A stretch of DNA of 64,000 bases from Candidatus Woesearchaeota archaeon (GTDB taxonomy: Archaea > Nanobdellota > Nanobdellia > Woesearchaeales > JAFCFN01). How positions within the stretch are numbered: the first letter of the stretch is position 1; each line of letters opens with the position of its first letter. This document shows positions 1 through 9,250 of this stretch, in pieces. Both the position numbers and the translations under genes were made by a program. The stretch is from NCBI GenBank assembly GCA_017608625.1, contig JAFCFN010000003.1, positions 3,068 to 67,067 of the forward strand, given 5' to 3'. Below the pieces are notes generated by a model. It was not told the origin of the DNA, searched no databases, and worked only from the letters and a program-made list of their open reading frames with translations.

Positions 1-187
1 ACCTTAACTGAAAAAGGATATCTTCCTTGATCAAAAACCTCTGTAGGAGGAGCTCCTTCTGTAAAACTCAAAACTAATCCTTGAGAACCTCCAGCAAAAG
101 CAGTACCAATTTCCACTTCTTCAGCACATTTTTGTCCACCTATTAATAAGAAAAATGTCACCAGAATCAAAATAACTTCTTTTCTCA
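1..187 (-). CDS. Secreted Cys-rich protein, N-terminal fragment; the gene continues beyond the window start. Third member of the tandem paralog family.
   Basis: Minus-strand ATG at 187. Translation MRKEVILILVTFFLLIGGQKC...GSQGLVLSFTEGAPPTEVFD aligns with the N-termini of the 238..1170 and 1214..2161 proteins (signal peptide, then G.QGLVLSF..APP motif). Confidence 0.5.
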
Positions 188-237
188 TTTTACCTCCTTT
201 TTTATTTCAAATGGTTTTTTATTAATAAATCTTTTGT

Positions 238-1170
238 CTATTCAGGTGTTTTTATTATTTCTATTTGTTTTGATATTGAAGACATATAACCATAATCCAG
301 CTGAATCTTCAAAGGAGTTTCATAAGCATCTCCTGTTGTTGGTTTGCTTGCATAACAAATTATAAAACCTCGATTATTGTACAGATCAATTTGATAATCA
401 TTCGGCCTACAATCATACAAAGGCTCCCCAGAAATCTCTGCTGAAAAATCAACCCTATTTAAATTTGTATAATCTAATCTTCCAGGACAAGCATCAAGCT
501 GGTCAACATCAACAACCAAGCCATCTCCAACATTCTGAACATATATCTTGAATTGTATTTTATCCTTCATCACAGCTTCCTCAACTCTGGTAACAGCAAC
601 AGGTCCTCCTTGGGAAGTTAAACTTACATCATGAACAGTACATACTTTTTCCCTAACCTCTGCTGAATAAGGATTGGGATCTATGCAAACAACAGGAGTG
701 GCTATTGTTTGATACTCATAACATGCTGTTGCTAACAAAGCAGGTTTGTAAGACTCAACTCCTTCTGGTAATTGTATTATAGAAGAAGTAAAATCTACTA
801 CGCTGTATCCTCCTTCTGGATTATACTGATCCTTTCCAAATAAATTTCTATCAATCTCTTGCCAATCACCTTCATCAAATATAATATAATTTGGATCAAA
901 ACCTCTCAAGTAAAGCTTTCCTATAAAATTCTTATTCTCTGTAGAAGAAGGATAAGCACCTTTATTTTTTATCTCTATCCCAACCCTTAACTCATCTAAA
1001 TCATAAATCTTATTAGGAGGCATATTGTTCATAAAACTCAAAACCAATCCTTGATTACCAACCCTATATTTAGATTCTACAACCTCTTCTCTAGCTTTTC
1101 TCGGACATGCTTGGCCAGCTATAAGTAAGAAAATTGTTATTAAAGCAATTATACCTATTTTTTTATCCAT
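238..1170 (-). CDS. Secreted Cys-rich beta-rich protein, paralog family member 2
   Basis: N-terminal signal peptide. About 7 conserved Cys and blocks (TPVVCIDPNPY, TSQGGPVAVTRVEE, LDYGYMSSIS) shared with 1214..2161. Confidence 0.6.
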   Translation of the reverse strand: MDKKIGIIALITIFLLIAGQACPRKAREEVVESKYRVGNQGLVLSFMNNMPPNKIYDLDELRVGIEIKNKGAYPSSTENKNFIGKLYLRGFDPNYIIFDEGDWQEIDRNLFGKDQYNPEGGYSVVDFTSSIIQLPEGVESYKPALLATACYEYQTIATPVVCIDPNPYSAEVREKVCTVHDVSLTSQGGPVAVTRVEEAVMKDKIQFKIYVQNVGDGLVVDVDQLDACPGRLDYTNLNRVDFSAEISGEPLYDCRPNDYQIDLYNNRGFIICYASKPTTGDAYETPLKIQLDYGYMSSISKQIEIIKTPE

Positions 1171-1213
1171 CTTTTATAATAATTTATTTTTTTATTTAAA
1201 ACTTTTTCTAATA

Positions 1214-2161
1214 TTATTTCTCTATTATAATTTCTCTTGATATGGTGGATGTATAACCGTACTCCAGTTTAATGTTTAAAACAGTTTCATAAGCTAACTC
1301 TTCTTTATCTATCCAATCCTGTTCTAGAGCAGAACATCTTACAAAATTTCTTGTTTTGGTTAATTTTACAGGATTTGGAGTACAGCTTAATTCCTTGCCA
1401 GATAAATATGCCTTTACATTAACTATATTCCATGAATCCTTGCTTAAACCAGTTGCAGAGCAAGCCTCTTCTATATCATCCTTATTAACAATTTGACCAT
1501 TACCTTTATTTGTTATATAAATCAAAAATTGAGGCTCTACTTTATCCCCATGTACAATCATCTTTTGTTCAACTTTTGTAACAGCAACTGGAGCGCCTTG
1601 AGAATTTAAACCAATATCTTTAACAGCACATGACTTTTCCCCAGCCCTTAAATTATAAACATCAGGATCAATACATACAGTTGGATTTACTGTTGTAGAA
1701 TATTTATAGCAAGTTGTTAAGCCAATTGTGCTTGTGTGACTTTCCATCAATTCTTCTATTTTTTTTGTCTTAGCTGTTATTTTTATAATACCCTCTCCTC
1801 CGTATATATTGTACTCAGATTTACCTTCTAAATCAAAAATCACTTGCTCAGGACCAAAACCAGAACTAACAATAGGCTCTTCAAAACTCCAGTCATACAG
1901 CTCAACATAATCTTTTTCTAAACTAAGAGTTAGATAACCTCCCTCAACATCAGAAACACCTTTATTTTTAATATTAGCTATAATTTGAAACTCACTATCT
2001 TCTGCTATTTTATCAGGAGGAGCCCCATTTAAAAACTCCATCACTATTCCTTCCGTTCCTTTATAGATGTCAATTGGTTGAGGTTTTTGAATAAAAGTAC
2101 ATCTTGTATAACCTGAAATAAAGAGCAATACCAAGATTAAAAATAAAATTGTTTTTTTCAT
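1214..2161 (-). CDS. Secreted Cys-rich beta-rich protein, paralog family member 1
   Basis: Signal peptide. Conserved blocks NPTVCIDPDVY, NSQGAPVAVTKVEQ, LEYGYTSTIS paralogous to 238..1170. Confidence 0.6.
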   Translation of the reverse strand: MKKTILFLILVLLFISGYTRCTFIQKPQPIDIYKGTEGIVMEFLNGAPPDKIAEDSEFQIIANIKNKGVSDVEGGYLTLSLEKDYVELYDWSFEEPIVSSGFGPEQVIFDLEGKSEYNIYGGEGIIKITAKTKKIEELMESHTSTIGLTTCYKYSTTVNPTVCIDPDVYNLRAGEKSCAVKDIGLNSQGAPVAVTKVEQKMIVHGDKVEPQFLIYITNKGNGQIVNKDDIEEACSATGLSKDSWNIVNVKAYLSGKELSCTPNPVKLTKTRNFVRCSALEQDWIDKEELAYETVLNIKLEYGYTSTISREIIIEK

Positions 2162-4020
2162 TCTATACCTTGGATTTTAGCCCTGTATGCAGTGACTTCA
2201 TTATACCACTGATCTTTCGCTTCTGCATAACAATGGGTGCTTGTTTCAAAACCAGAACCCTGAATACAAACTATTTTTGCAGGAGTATCTTGACCGTATC
2301 CATCAACATAATTCTGTTTAATCAAACGATAAAATTCAGTTATACTATCTCTAATTGTACCAAATTTTCTGTATATTGGATGTAATACACACTGTGTACC
2401 TGTACCGATAAATGAAATGCCAAAAAGATTCCTACAATCTTTCGAAACAATACTTCTGTAGCCCCAACTTTCATGCATTGCAACAGCAATAGCAAAGGCA
2501 GGATCTATATCATACATTGCTCCATAATTATAAAAGTTATCAACCTGATTTATCAAATCAGGTGCATACTGTGTAAGATAACTTTTGATTTGATCTTTTG
2601 TCACTTTTTGTTCCATTTTAGACCAAACAACTGTTCCTTTAGATAAAGCAGTAGCAGTTGATTTCGCATCTTCCAAAATTGAAGGCTTCTTGGTAATAGC
2701 TTCTGTTTCTTCTCCTTTTTTGACACTAACAACTGTTGACTTATTCAATCTATAATTATATTCTACTATAACTTTAAAATACCTTGTTGCTATTGGTGTT
2801 GTTCCTAACAACCTTAAATCAGGATCTACATTAAAATCACATTTAAATGTTTCAAATGTTTCAACTTTCAATTTTTTAGGTTTTGATAAAATATATAAGT
2901 TATAGCCTTCTTCACATTCTTCCATTGGAGCACCTTTACCATAACATTGCTGATATCTGAAATCATAACCTTTTTCACAACTTAAATTATCCATGCTCAA
3001 ACCATCAGGAACTTTTATTATTAAATTTGTAATTTCTTTTATTCCTCCATCCCATCTATTATTTAGAGTGACTCCTAAAGAAACTGAATTCAGATATTTC
3101 CTAGATGGTTCAGTATAAATTCCAATAGGCTGCTTTCCTGTTTCAACTTGCATACCAATTTCAACTGGACCATTACTATAAATAGCAACGGGGCTTTTAT
3201 CCTTTATTCCATATTGATCCAGAACATCAATCCCCTCCCTTGTCATTGTTCTTAATCTTGTTTTATCAATAAAATAACTTTTAATATAAGCCATCGTCTT
3301 AAAATTAAAATCAGCATTAAAAGTAACTTTGTGTATTCCTTCTGACAAAGGAGGCAAGTTGCACTCAATATCTTCTTCCTCATAGAGATCAATAGCATAA
3401 TCCTTTGTTAAATATTTTGGATTTATTTGTCCTTTAATCTCCTTCGCATTACAACCAACACTTACATTAACAGGCTCATCAAGAACTTTTGCTTTTAGAG
3501 TAGCCCACACTATCACGGGTTCATTAGAATAAAAATAAGGATCAGCTGGCTTTAGATCTTCCAAATAAACACCAATAGGTTCATACCTGTTTTTATCAAC
3601 TTTGCCTGTAAAATAGTCTCCTGTTAAAGCAGCTTCATATTTTTTCTGATATTCAGTTATTTTCTCAAACGGTTTTATAAATATCATTCCTACTTTAGTT
3701 AGAAGTCCACCAATTTTTTGTCCAAGTGTTTCACCAGGCATTGCAAGGTAAATACTTTTGCCAAACCAATATAGCCCTATAAAAATAATGAAAATAATAG
3801 GTAAAATAATAAAAAAAGATTTCCAATTTTCTGTCCTTTTATAAACATAAAAATAATCAAAAATTCCTGCTAAGAAAAGCAAAATAAGAACAACAAAGAC
3901 ACCCAATATCTGAAAGCCAAGAAACCATACTAAAATCATTGTTATTATAATTGCTATAATTGAAAAAACAAGCCCTAAAATATCATTTCCAGTTTCTCTA
4001 ATCCCTATCTCATCAACCAT
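2158..4020 (-). CDS. Membrane-anchored protein (N-terminal TM helices, large extracytoplasmic region) with a C-terminal GH73-like N-acetylglucosaminidase (glycan hydrolase) domain
   Basis: Three to four N-terminal hydrophobic helices. C-terminal AIAVAMHESWGY...RNLFGIS resembles the GH73 glucosaminidase motifs AQAALESGWG...NNLFGIK. Confidence 0.5.
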   Translation of the reverse strand: MVDEIGIRETGNDILGLVFSIIAIIITMILVWFLGFQILGVFVVLILLFLAGIFDYFYVYKRTENWKSFFIILPIIFIIFIGLYWFGKSIYLAMPGETLGQKIGGLLTKVGMIFIKPFEKITEYQKKYEAALTGDYFTGKVDKNRYEPIGVYLEDLKPADPYFYSNEPVIVWATLKAKVLDEPVNVSVGCNAKEIKGQINPKYLTKDYAIDLYEEEDIECNLPPLSEGIHKVTFNADFNFKTMAYIKSYFIDKTRLRTMTREGIDVLDQYGIKDKSPVAIYSNGPVEIGMQVETGKQPIGIYTEPSRKYLNSVSLGVTLNNRWDGGIKEITNLIIKVPDGLSMDNLSCEKGYDFRYQQCYGKGAPMEECEEGYNLYILSKPKKLKVETFETFKCDFNVDPDLRLLGTTPIATRYFKVIVEYNYRLNKSTVVSVKKGEETEAITKKPSILEDAKSTATALSKGTVVWSKMEQKVTKDQIKSYLTQYAPDLINQVDNFYNYGAMYDIDPAFAIAVAMHESWGYRSIVSKDCRNLFGISFIGTGTQCVLHPIYRKFGTIRDSITEFYRLIKQNYVDGYGQDTPAKIVCIQGSGFETSTHCYAEAKDQWYNEVTAYRAKIQGIE

Positions 4021-4044
4021 TCTACCTCTTTTTTAAAAAGAAAA

Positions 4045-5214
4045 TCACTCTAACTTAACACTTAAATCAACAATATCCATTGTTATTGAAGGCTCTATCT
4101 TAACTGCATTATTACCTTTTATAACATGATCACTAATATCAAACTCATAAATCTGATCCTTTCCATCTATGTATAATGTTTTTGAATTAACAATGATTTT
4201 TGCAGCCTTATACGCAATATTATCTGCAAACTTTAGCTTTAAACTAACTCTTCTGTCTTTATTTTGAATAGCATTATACTGCTCATCATTCAAATTAAAG
4301 TAATATGTTGGATGAACATATTCTCTAAGATAAGATGCAACCTTTATTTGATCCAATAGATAATCCCCCGCCGTTGTAGTAAATCTAATATTGTTTTCAT
4401 CAGAATTAATATGTGAAGGTGAAAACTCTATAGCAGGTAACGGACTATTACAATAATCAGGCTTACCAGAGAATATGGTGTTTCCATTAATTTCTATAGT
4501 GAGCTTCCCAACTAAGCTTAAGTTACAATAAGGTACAAACTTTAATCTTGCATACTCTAAATGATTCTTCTCAGTTGCAGAAACGAGGAATACAGCAGAC
4601 GCTGTCTGTCCACTAACATCAGTCACATCTCCCGTAATAACAATATTTTCAAGCGTATAAGAATTGCTACCAAGAATACCTGCTCTAGAAACACTAAATT
4701 TCAAAATATTTTCTCCTTCTTTAAGGTACTCTTTTGGTAGCTCTAGTGGCTGAGCTGTTTTTATTTCTTTGTTAAGTATCTCTTTATCATTCAAAATTAC
4801 TATTAATCTACCGTCACTTTCTTTAACAGAATAACCTAAAATGACATTATCTGTATTTTCCAAATCACCTATTGTAAAGTTAATCTCTTTTGATTTTCCT
4901 CCTAATAACCATCTACTTACATGAATTGAATCTAATTTTTTGAATATGACACCTTCTGTTTTAGTATATAAATGCAGAGTAGGAATAGAATGTTCTATCT
5001 TATCTTCTTCTAAATAATCCAATCTTCCAGGATGCGCTAAAAGAAGCATCTCTTCTTCAGCAGCCCCTACCTCTTCTTCTGTTACATTCTCTCCATACAA
5101 TAACTCATGTCTTTGAGCAGGAGGTAATAAAGCAATATACAAAACAATAATTAAAGCAATAATAGCAATAAGAGTAGCAGCTCTACCACCAGAGATCTGA
5201 GCCTTTTTAAGCAT
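4045..5214 (-). CDS. N-terminally anchored surface protein, possibly carrying a class III (type IV pilin-like) signal peptide
   Basis: MLKKAQISGGRAATLIAIIALIIVLYIALL resembles the archaeal prepilin N-terminus (KK[GA]Q then a hydrophobic stretch). The rest is beta-rich and extracellular-like. Confidence 0.4.
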   Translation of the reverse strand: MLKKAQISGGRAATLIAIIALIIVLYIALLPPAQRHELLYGENVTEEEVGAAEEEMLLLAHPGRLDYLEEDKIEHSIPTLHLYTKTEGVIFKKLDSIHVSRWLLGGKSKEINFTIGDLENTDNVILGYSVKESDGRLIVILNDKEILNKEIKTAQPLELPKEYLKEGENILKFSVSRAGILGSNSYTLENIVITGDVTDVSGQTASAVFLVSATEKNHLEYARLKFVPYCNLSLVGKLTIEINGNTIFSGKPDYCNSPLPAIEFSPSHINSDENNIRFTTTAGDYLLDQIKVASYLREYVHPTYYFNLNDEQYNAIQNKDRRVSLKLKFADNIAYKAAKIIVNSKTLYIDGKDQIYEFDISDHVIKGNNAVKIEPSITMDIVDLSVKLE

Positions 5215-5310
5215 TAATAATCACCTCAGAATAACTAATTAAAGTTATCATATATAAAAATTTCTCTTTAAATCGCTATTTATTTAAATAGTCTTTAATA
5301 TATTAAAAAT

Positions 5311-6366
5311 ATGCAGCTCATAACAAAAAACATCAAAAAAGGATTTGTAAAGCTGAAGATACAAAATCTGGATGATTTATGGTATCTAAGTAATATAATG
5401 AACAAAGGAGATTTAATTAGAGCTCAGACCATAAGAAAAATAAAAATAGGTAAAGAAGAAGAAAGAAAACAGGCAATAGTAAAGAAAAAGATAACACTCA
5501 CGATTAAAGCAGAAAAAGTTGAATATAAAGCAGATTCTTTAAGAGTAGGAGGAAAAATAACAGAATGCCCAGAAGATATTCAGAAAGGCAGCTGGCATTC
5601 ATTTAATTTAACAGTCAATTCTATTTTAACAATAATAAAAAATGAGTGGTTAAAATATCAGTTAGACTGGCTAAAGCAAGCTTCTAAAGAGAAAATTCCT
5701 AAAATTTTAATCTGTTGTTTAGATAGGGAAGAAGCATATTTTGCTTTATTAAAAAGAGCAGGTTACGAAATTCTTAGTCATATAAAAGGAAAAGTGGCCA
5801 AAAAAGCAGTTGAGGAAAAACTAAAAACAACTTTTTGGCAAGAACTTGCTAAGAAAACCAAAGAATATGATGAGAAACTAAAACTAGATAAAATAATTAT
5901 TGCAAGCCCATCCTTTTGGAAAGAATACTTGATTAAAGAAATAAAAGATCATTCTCTGAAAGAAAAGATCGTATTAGCTAGTTGCTCCAGTGTTGATAAA
6001 ACAGGTTTGAATGAAGTGTTAAAAAGACCAGAGCTAGTTAATGTTCTGAAAGAAGAAAGAATAGCAGAAGAAATTAATCTAGTAGAGGAATTATTAACAG
6101 AAATCAAAAAACAGGGAAAAGTTAGTTACGGCTTAAAAGAAACAGAACAAGCAATTAATTCAGGAGCTGTTGAAAAATTATTGGTTACTGATTCTTTCTT
6201 AAAACAAATGAGAGAGCAAGAGAAAGCAGATCAGATAAATCAACTAATGAAACTAACAGAACAAATGAAAGGTTCTGTTATAATTATTTCTTCAGAACAT
6301 GAAGGCGGAAAAAAACTAGATTCTTTGGGCGGAGTAGGAGCATTATTAAGGTATAAAATTAATTAA
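5311..6366 (+). CDS. pelA: Pelota / Dom34 (aRF1-related mRNA surveillance factor)
   Basis: N-terminus KLKIQNLDDLWYLSNIMNKGDLIRAQTIRKI matches the Pelota domain 1 signature. Length 351 aa. Confidence 0.85.
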   Translation: MQLITKNIKKGFVKLKIQNLDDLWYLSNIMNKGDLIRAQTIRKIKIGKEEERKQAIVKKKITLTIKAEKVEYKADSLRVGGKITECPEDIQKGSWHSFNLTVNSILTIIKNEWLKYQLDWLKQASKEKIPKILICCLDREEAYFALLKRAGYEILSHIKGKVAKKAVEEKLKTTFWQELAKKTKEYDEKLKLDKIIIASPSFWKEYLIKEIKDHSLKEKIVLASCSSVDKTGLNEVLKRPELVNVLKEERIAEEINLVEELLTEIKKQGKVSYGLKETEQAINSGAVEKLLVTDSFLKQMREQEKADQINQLMKLTEQMKGSVIIISSEHEGGKKLDSLGGVGALLRYKIN

Positions 6367-6917
6367 ATCAGACTCATCACCAATCCAGCTACTACACCAA
6401 TGGTTAGATTATCATCAAGTTTAATTAACTTGGAGTATAGTTCAGCCAAAGTTGCTGCCAAAGAGCCAATTATTATTAAAATCAGATTCAAGTTTAATAT
6501 TAGTCCAATAATAAAGCATGAGACGAAGCATCCCAAGGAGCCTTCTAAACTTTTCTTTCTAAATATTTTTGTTTTCCCAAACTTTGTACCAATCAATTCA
6601 GCAAAAAAATCACCATAAATTAAAAACAAGACAGCAGCTATAGCAACATCTTTTGTAAAAAATAAAAATGGCAAAAGAATTCCTATAAAGAATAAAGGAA
6701 TTGTAGAAAATTTATTTCTTTCTTTAGACTTTAAATACGCTTTAAATTTTTTGAATAAATAAGCATTATATCTTTTATTATTTAATCTAATTAATTCATT
6801 AATACATAACAAAATAATAAAAGATATTAAAAAAATATTGGAATTGGTGAACAGAAACAATAGTAAAAATCCAGTACCCATTAACAATCTTATTATGATC
6901 TTTCTCCAGATTTTCAT
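6363..6917 (-). CDS. CTP-transferase-1 family membrane protein (CDP-archaeol synthase / dolichol kinase-like)
   Basis: Multi-TM. C-terminal GDFFAELIGTKFGKTKIF..SLEGSLG matches the CdsA/CarS family signature. Confidence 0.5.
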   Translation of the reverse strand: MKIWRKIIIRLLMGTGFLLLFLFTNSNIFLISFIILLCINELIRLNNKRYNAYLFKKFKAYLKSKERNKFSTIPLFFIGILLPFLFFTKDVAIAAVLFLIYGDFFAELIGTKFGKTKIFRKKSLEGSLGCFVSCFIIGLILNLNLILIIIGSLAATLAELYSKLIKLDDNLTIGVVAGLVMSLI

Positions 6918-7294
6918 TTTTTATTTTTTATCAGCTCTTGTATTAGTTTTCTATATTCTTTATTTCTCCAAATCATGTTTGTTATCTTCTCCAAATCTTC
7001 TTCAGGTTCTTCATTTTCTATTATACCAACATCTTCGTAATGTATTCCTATTACCTCATGAATTATACTTTTTTCTATTTCTTCTTTAGGCCACAACGTT
7101 GAGATTATGATATAATCACCAACATTTCTTGCAGCTTTAATATCGTTTCCTTCAAGCATAAGATATTTGTCAATAAATTCTATTTTATTTTCTTCTAATA
7201 CATTCCTTAAGACATTTTCAAATTTCTTGAGACAACCATTTATTGTTCTTAAATAAACTTTATTTCCTTGACATACACAATATTTATCTAACAT
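6914..7294 (-). CDS. Hypothetical protein (weak resemblance to a HAD hydrolase C-terminal motif)
   Basis: ORF only. GNDIKAARNVGDYII is vaguely HAD motif IV-like. No confident family assignment. Confidence 0.35.
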   Translation of the reverse strand: MLDKYCVCQGNKVYLRTINGCLKKFENVLRNVLEENKIEFIDKYLMLEGNDIKAARNVGDYIIISTLWPKEEIEKSIIHEVIGIHYEDVGIIENEEPEEDLEKITNMIWRNKEYRKLIQELIKNKK

Positions 7295-8231
7295 CTTTGA
7301 CCAAAAATCTCACTAAATTAACAATATCTTCTACACTACACCCTCTTGATAAATCACAAACAGGTTTATCTAAACCTTGTATTATAGGACCAATTGCTTT
7401 AGCCTTGCAAAACCTCTCAACTAATTTATAACCAATATTAGCAGAGTCTAAATTAGGAAATATTAAAACATTCGCATCTCCTTTAATAATGCCTTTTGGA
7501 TTTTTCTTTTTTGCAATCCAAGGCACAATAGCAGCATCCAACTGCAATTCACCATCTATAATTAATTTTTTATTTTTTCTTTTGGCAATTTGAACAGCCT
7601 TCCTCACCTCATCTACACTTAGGCCTTTTGCAGAACCTTTTGTACTATAACTCAACATAGCCACTTTTGCTTTTTTTCCAGTTAATCTTTTAAAAGTTTT
7701 AGCAGATAATAAAGCAATCTCTGCTAAATCTTTAGAATCAGGATTAGCCTGAACAGCACAATCAGCAAATAGATATTTCTTATTATTAATCAACATTAGC
7801 ATAGCACCAGAAGCTTTGCATTTATTTTTAATAATCTGGAAAGCAGGAATCAAAATATCTTTTGTAGTGTGTTCAGCACCAGCTATTAAAATGTCTGCTT
7901 CACCAAGCTTTAACATTATTGTTGCAAAATAAATACTCTTTTTAACTAATTGCTGAGCTTTAGAAAAACTTAAACCTTTTCTTTTCCTTAATTTGTATAA
8001 TTCTTTAGCATATTTTTTTATTTCATTTGATCTTAAATTGCCTATTATTTCTACACCTTTTAATCTTAAACCTAGTTTATTCGCTTTTTTAAATATGTTT
8101 TTTATATTGCCTAAAAGAACTATTTTAGCCAATTTTTTCTTAGATGTAATATCTGTAGCCTTTAGAATTCTTTCATCTTCACCTTCAGGAAAAACAATTT
8201 TTTTAACACGTTTTTTAGTATATATATTCAT
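7284..8231 (-). CDS. pta: Phosphate acetyl/butyryl-transferase
   Basis: FPEGEDERILKA N-terminal motif and KPVCDLSRGCSVEDIVNL C-terminal motif typical of Pta/Ptb. Confidence 0.8.
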   Translation of the reverse strand: MNIYTKKRVKKIVFPEGEDERILKATDITSKKKLAKIVLLGNIKNIFKKANKLGLRLKGVEIIGNLRSNEIKKYAKELYKLRKRKGLSFSKAQQLVKKSIYFATIMLKLGEADILIAGAEHTTKDILIPAFQIIKNKCKASGAMLMLINNKKYLFADCAVQANPDSKDLAEIALLSAKTFKRLTGKKAKVAMLSYSTKGSAKGLSVDEVRKAVQIAKRKNKKLIIDGELQLDAAIVPWIAKKKNPKGIIKGDANVLIFPNLDSANIGYKLVERFCKAKAIGPIIQGLDKPVCDLSRGCSVEDIVNLVRFLVKDVR

Positions 8232-8379
8232 TTTTAATTAATATTCCATATAAATCACCCCTATTTAAAAAGATTTTCTCAATAACACAAATATTTATAT
8301 ATGAGTTCTGTTTTATACTTGATAAGTCAAAACATACTGTTACTTAAAATAAATAAAAAAAGAGGGGGTAGGTTCAAAA

Positions 8380-9195
8380 ATGATTGTTAAAGAAGAATTT
8401 TTAAATAAGCTAAGAAGGTATTTTGGCTTAAATTTGTATGAAGTCAAGATATGGACAGCTCTTCTTTCAAGAGGAGTAAGCACAGCAGGAGAATTATCTG
8501 ATATAGCAAATGTCCCTAGATCAAGAAGTTATGATGTTCTCGAATCATTAGAAAAGAAGGGTTTTGTAATACTAAAATTAGGCATACTAAAATTAGGCAA
8601 ACCTATAAAATACTTAGCAGTTGCTCCTAATGAAGTTGTTGAAAGAGTTAAGAAAAATGTCCAAGAAGAAGCAAAAACAAAAATCAAGAATTTAGAGAAT
8701 TTAAAATCAACAGATGTTCTTCAAGAATTAAACTTATTACATAAACAAGGCATAGAACTAGTAGAACCAATGGATCTGAGTGGTTCCTTAAGAGGAAGAC
8801 ATAACATCTATAATCATATGGAATCAGCAATAAGAAATGCCTCAAAAACAGTTTCTATAATGACAACATCTGAAGGTTTACTAAGAAAAATAGATGCTTT
8901 AAAACCCACTCTAGAAAAAATAAAGAAAAAAGGAGTTAAAATAAGAATTGCAGCACCAATTACAAAAGAAACTAAAAAAATACTAAAGGATCTAGCAAAT
9001 ATAGCAGAGATCAAACACACAAACCAGAATTCAAGATTCTGTGTAATAGATGGTAAAGAACTTCTTTTGATGATGATGGATGACAAACAAGTACATCCTA
9101 CATATGATGTAGGAATATGGATAAAATCGCCTTATTTTGCCTCAACACTAGAGAATTTATTTGATCTCCACTGGAAAGGGATAAAAACACCATAA
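8380..9195 (+). CDS. TrmB-family transcriptional regulator
   Basis: N-terminal wHTH YEVKIWTALLSRGVSTAGELSDIANVPRSRSYDVLESLEKKGFV. Length and C-terminal domain typical of TrmB. Confidence 0.75.
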   Translation: MIVKEEFLNKLRRYFGLNLYEVKIWTALLSRGVSTAGELSDIANVPRSRSYDVLESLEKKGFVILKLGILKLGKPIKYLAVAPNEVVERVKKNVQEEAKTKIKNLENLKSTDVLQELNLLHKQGIELVEPMDLSGSLRGRHNIYNHMESAIRNASKTVSIMTTSEGLLRKIDALKPTLEKIKKKGVKIRIAAPITKETKKILKDLANIAEIKHTNQNSRFCVIDGKELLLMMMDDKQVHPTYDVGIWIKSPYFASTLENLFDLHWKGIKTP

Positions 9196-9250
9196 ATAAC
9201 AAAAAAATAGGCAAAGATATTTAAATTCTTTTTCTTTTTCATTCTAAAAA

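Noticed and set aside
6400-7089. Plus-strand ORFs 6400..6618 and 6838..7089
   Set aside because: They are antisense to the CTP-transferase-family membrane gene and the 126-aa ORF, with hydrophobic mirror-image composition, so they are spurious.
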